From Eledone cirrhosa (lineage: Eukaryota): 64,000 nt of DNA. Location of the stretch: positions 32,550,001 through 32,614,000 of the forward strand of contig OZ024749.1 of NCBI GenBank assembly GCA_964016885.1. Reading direction: 5' to 3'. The first letter of the stretch is position 1. The number at the start of each line of letters is the position of its first letter. Positions 56,286 to 64,000 of this stretch are shown piece by piece. A model generated the notes under the pieces. It had not been told where the DNA came from and did not search any database. It saw only the letters and a list, made by a program, of their open reading frames with translations. The position numbers and the translations under genes are program-made.

Positions 56286-59200
56286 GCATGGCCTAGTGGT
56301 AAGGATGTTGCAATTACAATCCCAATGTCGTAGGTTCGATTCATGGCCTGAGTTGTGTGTTGTGTTCTTGAGCAAAATACTTCATTTCACGTTCTTGAAC
56401 AAAATACTTCATTTCACGTTCTTGAGCAAAACACTTCATTTCGCGTTCTTGAACAAAATACTTCATTTCACGTTCTTGAATAAAATACTTCATTTCACGT
56501 TCTTGAGCAAAACACTTCATTTCACGTTCTTGAGCAAAACACTTCATTTCGCGTTCTTGAGCAAAATACTTCATTTCACGTTCTTGAACAAAACACTTCA
56601 TTTCACGTTCTTGAACAAAACACTTCATTTCACGTTCTTGAGCAAAACACTTCATTTCACGTTCTTGAGCAAAATACTTCATTTCACGTTCTTGAGCAAA
56701 ATACTTCATTTCACGTTCTTGAGCAAAATACTTCATTTCACGTTCTTGAGCAAAACACTTCATTTCACGTTCTTGAGCAAAACACTTCATTTCACGTTCT
56801 TGAGCAAAATACTTCATTTCACGTTCTTGAACAAAACACTTCATTTCACGTTCTTGAGCAAAACACTTCATTTCACGTTCTTGAACAAAATACTTCATTT
56901 CACGTTCTTGAGCAAAATACTTCATTTCACGTTCTTGAGCAAAACACTTCATTTCACGTTCTTGAGCAAAACACTTCATTTCGCGTTCTTGAACAAAATA
57001 CTTCATTTCACGTTCTTGAGCAAAACACTTCATTTCACATTCTTGAGCAAAATACTTCATTTCACGTTCTTGAGCAAAACACTTCATTTCACGTTCTTGA
57101 GCAAAACACTTCATTTCACGTTCTTGAACAAAACACTTCATTTCACGTTCTTGAGCAAAATACTTCATTTCACGTTCTTGAGAAAAATACTTCATTTCAC
57201 GTTCTTGAGCAAAACACTTCATTTCACGTTCTTGAGCAAAACACTTCATTTCACGTTCTTGAGCAAAATACTTCATTTCACGTTCTTGAGCAAAACACTT
57301 CATTTCACGTTCTTGAGCAAAATACTTCATTTCCCGTTCTTGAGCAAAATACTTCATTTCACGTTCTTGAGCAAAATACTTCATTTCACGTTCTTGAACA
57401 AAACACTTCATTTCACGTTCTTGAGCAAAATACTTCATTTCACGTTCTTGAGCAAAACACTTCATTTCACGTTCTTGAGCAAAACACTTCATTTCGCGTT
57501 CTTGAACAAAATACTTCATTTCACGTTCTTGAGCAAAACACTTCATTTCACATTCTTGAGCAAAATACTTCATTTCACGTTCTTGAGCAAAACACTACAT
57601 TTCACGTTCTTGAGCAAAACACTTCATTTCACGTTCTTGAACAAAACACTTCATTTCACGTTCTTGAGCAAAATACTTCATTTCACGTTCTTGAGAAAAA
57701 TACTTCATTTCACGTTCTTGAGCAAAACACTTCATTTCACGTTCTTGAGCAAAACACTTCATTTCACGTTCTTGAGCAAAATACTTCATTTCACGTTCTT
57801 GAGCAAAACACTTCATTTCACGTTCTTGAGCAAAATACTTCATTTCCCGTTCTTGAGCAAAATACTTCATTTCACGTTCTTGAGCAAAATACTTCATTTC
57901 ACGTTCTTGAACAAAACACTTCATTTCACGTTCTTGAGCAAAATACTTCATTTCACGTTCTTGAGCAAAACACTTCATTTCACGTTCTTGAGCAAAATAC
58001 TTCATTTCACGTTCTTGAGCAAAATACTTCATTTCACGTTCTTGAGCAAAACACTTCATTTCACGTTCTTGAGCAAAATACTTCATTTCACGTTCTTGAG
58101 CAAAATACTTCATTTCACGTTCTTGAGCAAAACACTTCATTTCACGTTCTTGAGCAAAACACTTCATTTCACGTTCTTGAGCAAAACACTTCATTTCACG
58201 TTCTTGAGCAAAATACTTCCTTTCACGTTCTTGAGCAAAACACTTCATTTCACGTTCTTGAGCAAAAACTTCATTTCACGTTCTTGAGCAAAATACTTCA
58301 TTTCACGTTCTTGAGCAAAACACTTCATTTCACGTTCTTGAGCAAAACACTTCATTTCACGTTCTTGAGCAAAACACTTCATTTCACGTTCTTGAGCAAA
58401 ATACTTCATTTCACGTTCTTGAGCAAAACACTTCATTTCACGTTCTTGAGCAAAATACTTCATTTCACGTTCTTGAGCAAAACACTTCATTTCACGTTCT
58501 TGAGCAAAACACTTCATTTCACGTTCTTGAGCAAAACACTTCATTTCACGTTCTTGAGCAAAACACTTCATTTCACGTTCTTGAGCAAAATACTTCATTT
58601 CACGTTCTTGAGCAAAATACTTCATTTCACGTTCTTGAACAAAATACTTCATTTCACGTTCTTGAGCAAAACACTTCATTTCACGTTCTTGAGCAAAACA
58701 CTTCATTTCACGTTCTTGAGCAAAACACTTCATTTCACGTTCTTGAGCAAAACACTTCATTTCACGTTCTTGAGCAAAATACTTCATTTCACGTTCTTGA
58801 GCAAAATACTTCATTTCACGTTCTTGAGCAAAATACTTCATTTCACGTTCTTGAGCAAAATACTTCATTTCACGTTCTTGAACAAAATACTTCATTTCAC
58901 GTTCTTGAGCAAAACACTTCATTTCACGTTCTTGAGCAAAACACTTCATTTCACGTACCTGAGCAAAACACTTCATTTCACGTTCTTGAGCAAAATACTT
59001 CATTTCACGTTCTTGAGCAAAACACTTCATTTCACGTTCTTGAGCAAAATACTTCATTTCACGTTCTTGAGCAAAATACTTCATTTCACGTTCTTGAGCA
59101 AAACACTTCATTTCACGTTCTTGAGCAAAATACTTCATTTCACGTTGCTCCAGTATACTCAGCTGAAAATTAGTACCAGCAATACCTGTGATGAACAGAT

Positions 59201-59305
59201 GTCCTGTCCTAGGGGGGGGGGGAGTCTTGTACTCTCAGTCGCTTCACGCCACGAAACCGGGCAAAGCATCAGCCTGATGACCCTGCTGGCTTGACACAGA
59301 CTTTT
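56286..59305 (+). mobile_element. tRNA-headed SINE (MetaSINE-like) split by an internal minisatellite expansion
   Basis: A-box TGGCCTAGTGG and B-box GGTTCGATTC at 56289-56342. The body resumes at about 59147 (gctccagtatactcagctgaaaat...gtcgcttcacgccacgaaaccgg...gcctgatg). Confidence 0.7.
56364..59146. repeat. 27-bp minisatellite, about 103 copies
   Basis: Unit GTTCTTGAGCAAAA(T/C)ACTTCATTTCAC. Confidence 0.98.
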
Positions 59306-59332
59306 TAGGAATATATCCATTAATCCCGTTAT

Positions 59333-59572
59333 AAGAGGCGGTGGAAGCATTTCTGAATTAGTGTGTGGGGGGGGGCGAATTTGGTCAATTTACTTGTAGT
59401 AATTAGTTTAGCTCTTTGCACTCTAAAATGGTCAGAAAACTTCGATATGCGATAAACATAACATGTAGCGCATATACAAATAGATGTGTGTTTTGGTAAT
59501 TTGGGGAGAAAAATATAATTATTGGGGAGAGGTGCATAGCCCCTCTAGCCTCCCCCAGTTCCACCGCCCCTG
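59333..59572. mobile_element. Putative MITE (hAT-like)
   Basis: Imperfect TIRs AAGAGGCGGTGGAAG / GTTCCACCGCCCCTG; gttat on both flanks. Confidence 0.45.
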
Positions 59573-60289
59573 GTTATATATAGCAAACCAATCCAGAAAT
59601 GGAATAATGCCGCCATTATTGACGGCACTGGTTCACTAGTAGGAAATATGTTTTTAGTGCTAACACTTCAATGTAGCTATATATATATATTGATACAATC
59701 ACTTCCATTTAAGTGATTGATTAGCCATATATATATATCGATGCAATCATTTCCATTTAATGATTGATTAGAGATAAACACTAGTAAGTTATTGACAAAA
59801 TATTGTATTTCATAATATACTTAAATATTTAACAGATCATTTTTTTCAGAAACCTTGTAGTGTTATAAGGTGTTTCCTGCTAGCCTTCGTTTAGTTACAT
59901 CCAACACCACTACCGCCTCCACCACCAGCACCAACACTACCGCCTCCACCACAAGCACTAGCACCACCTCTTCCACCTCCAGCACCATCACCACCTCCAC
60001 CTCCAGCACCATCACCGCCTCCACCACCTCCAACACCGCTACCGCCACCCCACCACATCTCCAGCACAATCACCACTACCAGTAGCACCACCACCACCAT
60101 CACCAGCACCTCCAGCACCACCACCAGCACCACCACTATCAGCACCTCGTCTTCTCCCGCCATTTTACCACCACTATTACCACTACCAGCAACATTAACA
60201 CCAACAACAAGAACACCACCTCCAAAACCAACACCGACACCACAACTATCACCTCCACCACCAACACCACTACTATCACTTCCACCACC

Positions 60290-60800
60290 ACCACCACCAC
60301 CACTGCCAGCAGCAGCACCACCAACACCAACACCGCCAGTCCACCGCCACCGCTACCACCACATCCACTACATCTAGCCTCGCCACCACCACACACATAT
60401 CACCACCAACACCACCACCACCACTGCCAGCAGCAGCAGCACCACCAACACCAACACCGCCAGTCCACCGCCACCGCTACCACCACATCCACTACATCTA
60501 GCCTCGCCACCACCACACACATATCACCAACAACACCACCACCACCACTGCCAGCAGCAGCAGCACCACCAACACCAACACCGCCAGTCCACCGCCACCG
60601 CTACCACCACATCCACTACATCTAGCCTCGCCACCACCACACACATATCACCACCACCACCACCACCACCACCACTGCCAGCAGCAGCAGCACCACCAAC
60701 ACCAACACCGCCAGTCCACCGCCACCGCTACCACCACATCCACTACATCTAGCCTCGCCACCACCACACACATATCACCGCCACCACCACACACATATCA
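60290..60800. repeat. About 4 tandem copies of a roughly 125-bp C/A-rich unit within an (ACC)n region
   Basis: ccgccagtccaccgccaccgctaccaccacatccactacatctagcctcgcc recurs four times. Confidence 0.9.
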
Positions 60801-61154
60801 CCACCACCACCACCACCACCGCCGCCGCCGCCGCCACCATCACCACCTCTACAGTCAAAGAGAAAAAAACCTATAAAATTCAATTATTGATTTTAGATTA
60901 TCGATAAACAGCGTCTTCTCAGTTTCTTGTGACATGAGTAGGTATATAACAGAGGATTGTTGTCGACAAATTGATTTCAGAATTAGGAAAAAATCTTTAC
61001 AATATTATATTTTCCTATCGATTTTCAATAAAATCTTATTGATTCCTATAAAATCGAAGTTTGGAAAATAATTTAGTTAGTGTTATTTTGTTTGTTATAA
61101 TTGCTGGATTAAGGTTTGTAGTAATTATCTCATAACGTTGACTTTATAGTTTAA

Positions 61155-61760
61155 ATTTAACACATCTCTAACTAGTAATAGTTTAACACATCTCACTAAC
61201 TAGTAATAATATAACATATCTCTAACTAGTAATAATTTAAAACATCACTAACTGGTAATAGTTTAACACATCTCACTAACTAGTAATAATATAACATATC
61301 TCTAACTACTAATAGTTTAACACATCTCTAACTGGTAATAGTTTAACACATCTCACTAACTAGTAATAATATAACATATCTCTAACTACTAATAGTTTAA
61401 CACATCTCTAACTGGTAATAGTTTGACACATCTCACTAACTAGTAATAATATAACATATTTCTAACTACTAATAGTTTAACACATCTCTAACTGGTAATA
61501 GTTTGACACATCTCACTAACTAGTAATAATATAACATATCTCTAACTACTAATAGTTTAACACATCTCTAACTGGTAATAGTTTGACACATCTCACTAAC
61601 TAGTAATAATATAACATATCTCTAACTACTAATAGTTTAACACATCTCTAACTGGTAATAGTTTGACACATCTCACTAACTAGTAATAATATAACATATC
61701 TCTAACTAGTAATAATTTAAAACATCTCTACCTGGTAATAGTTTAATACTTCTCTAACTT
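61155..61760. repeat. AT-rich 26-28-bp subunit array with an 80-bp higher-order period
   Basis: cacatctctaactggtaatagttt at 61321, 61401, 61481, 61561 and 61641. Confidence 0.9.
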
Positions 61761-61783
61761 GCAATAGTACCAGTTAACTACTG

Positions 61784-63580
61784 CAGTCGTTGGCTGGTAC
61801 TATTGGTACAGTCGTTGGCTGGTACTATTGGTACAGTCGTTGGCTGGTACTATTGGTACAGTCGTTGGCTGGTACTATTGGTACAGTCGTTGGCTGGTAC
61901 TATTGGTACAGTCGTTGGCTGGTACTATTGGTACAGTCGTGGTACTATTGGTACAGTCGTTGGCTGGTACTATTGGTACAGTCGTGGTACTAGTGGTACA
62001 GTCGTTGGCTGGTACTATTGGTACAGTCGTTGGCTGGTACTATTGGTACAGTCGTGGTACTATTGGTACAGTCGTTGGCTGGTACTATTGGTACAGTCGT
62101 TGGCTGGTACTATTGGTACAGTCGTTGGCTGGTACTATTGGTACAGTCGTTGGCTGGTACTAGTGGTACAGTCGTTGGCTGGTACTATTGGTACAGTCGT
62201 TGGCTGGTACTATTGGTACAGTCGTTGGCTGGTACTATTGGTACAGTCGTTGGCTGGTACTATTGGTACAGTCGTGGTACTATTGGTACAGTCGTTGGCT
62301 GGTACTATTGGTACAGTCGTTGGCTGGTACTATTGGTACAGTCGTTGGCTGGTACTATTGGTACAGTCGTTGGCTGGTACTATTGGTACAGTCGTTGGCT
62401 GGTACTATTGGTACAGTCGTTGGCTGGTACTATTGGTACAGTCGTTGGCTGGTACTATTGGTACAGTCGTTGGCTGGTACTATTGGTACAGTCGTTGGCT
62501 GGTACTATTGGTACAGTCGTTGGCTGGTACTATTGGTACAGTCGTGGTACTATTGGTACAGTCGTTGGCTGGTACTATTGGTACAGTCGTTGGCTGGTAC
62601 TATTGGTACAGTCGTTGGCTGGTACTATTGGTACAGTCGTTGGCTGGTACTATTGGTACAGTCGTTGGCTGGTACTATTGGTACAGTCGTTGGCTGGTAC
62701 TATTGGTACAGTCGTTGGCTGGTACTATTGGTACAGTCGTTGGCTGGTACTATTGGTACAGTCGTTGGCTGGTACTAGTGGTACAGTCGTTGGCTGGTAC
62801 TATTGGTACAGTCGTTGGCTGGTACTATTGGTACAGTCGTTGGCTGGTACTATTGGTACAGTCGTTGGCTGGTACTATTGGTACAGTCGTGGTACTATTG
62901 GTACAGTCGTTGGCTGGTACTATTGGTACAGTCGTTGGCTGGTACTATTGGTACAGTCGTTGGCTGGTACTATTGGTACAGTCGTTGGCTGGTACTAGTG
63001 GTACAGTCGTTGGCTGGTACTATTGGTACAGTCGTTGGCTGGTACTATTGGTACAGTCGTTGGCTGGTACTATTGGTACAGTCGTTGGCTGGTACTATTG
63101 GTACAGTCGTTGGCTGGTACTATTGGTACAGTCGTTGGCTGGTACTATTGGTACAGTCGTTGGCTGGTACTATTGGTACAGTCGTTGGCTGGTACTATTG
63201 GTACAGTCGTTGGCTGGTACTAGTGGTACAGTCGTTGGCTGGTACTATTGGTACAGTCGTTGGCTGGTACTATTGGTACAGTCGTTGGCTGGTACTATTG
63301 GTACAGTCGTTGGCTGGTACTATTGGTACAGTCGTTGGCTGGTACTATTGGTACAGTCGTTGGCTGGTACTATTGGTACAGTCGTTGGCTGGTACTATTG
63401 GTACAGTCGTTGGCTGGTACTAGTGGTACAGTCGTTGGCTGGTACTATTGGTACAGTCGTTGGCTGGTACTATTGGTACAGTCGTTGGCTGGTACTATTG
63501 GTACAGTCGTTGGCTGGTACTATTGGTACAGTCGTTGGCTGGTACTAGTGGTACAGTCGTTGGCTGGTACTATTGGTACA
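61784..63580. repeat. 25-bp minisatellite, about 73 copies with occasional 20-bp deletion units
   Basis: Unit CAGTCGTTGGCTGGTACTATTGGTA. Confidence 0.98.
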
Positions 63581-63621
63581 TGACACTCATCCATACACCA
63601 TCCTACATATATATACATAAG

Positions 63622-63806
63622 TGTTTCTACGTTAGGCACAAGGCCAGTAAATTACCCAGTGCATTACTGGTACTTTATTTTATCGACCCCGTAAGGATGA
63701 AAGGCAAAGTCAACCTCGGCGGGATTTGAACTCAGATCGTAAAGGGACGTAACTATGCTGGAAAGCATGGCGTCCGACCCTCTACCGATACTGCCAATCC
63801 ACCGCC
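63622..63806 (-). mobile_element. tRNA-SINE copy
   Basis: Matches family consensus. Confidence 0.85.
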
Positions 63807-63917
63807 ATATATACACATAATAGACACACATACACCACCCTACATATATATACATACATACATACATATGTATATATATATATTAACAAATGGAAACTAT
63901 ATTTATAAAACCATATT

Positions 63918-63983
63918 TATTTCATTATACATATTTCAAGGGCCACCAAGGCAGATTATGGTGCGCTTTCATCAGATAAAATA
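63918..63983 (-). ncRNA. Family C hammerhead motif (element runs off the window)
   Basis: Minus strand TATTTTAT CTGATGA AAGCGCACCA...TGGTGGCCCTT GAAA TATGTA TA ATGAAATA. Confidence 0.7.
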
Positions 63984-64000
63984 TAATATAGATTAGTTTT

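Noticed and set aside
56269-59294. 672-aa and 336-aa ORFs and their antisense ORFs
   Set aside because: Translations of the 27-bp array, open on both strands, inside a SINE; no evidence of a gene.
61790-63729. Long ORFs in several frames
   Set aside because: Artefacts of the 25-bp minisatellite.

Overview
Eukaryotic, AT-rich, repeat-saturated DNA with no supportable host exon. The dominant tRNA-derived SINE resembles octopus SINEs as I recall them, so an octopod genome is inferred, not verified. Contents: four long minisatellite arrays (46, 31, 27 and 25 bp units), many microsatellites, about 25 SINE copies or fragments, decayed LINE remnants (CRE-, RTE- and CR1/L2-like), MITEs and a Helitron 3' end. 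Almost all long ORFs in the track are repeat artefacts. The main signal is a dense set of short non-coding elements, from roughly ten sequence families, inserted in (TA)n tracts. They carry type I hammerhead ribozyme motifs (CTGANGA-stem II-GAAA-stem III-NUH), often with self-complementary stem III. Many are long palindromes plus a unique tail, and several tails share an ACTC...GAGTRC hairpin. This fits non-autonomous Penelope-like (PLE) or retrozyme-like elements. All folds were derived by eye and activity is untested.
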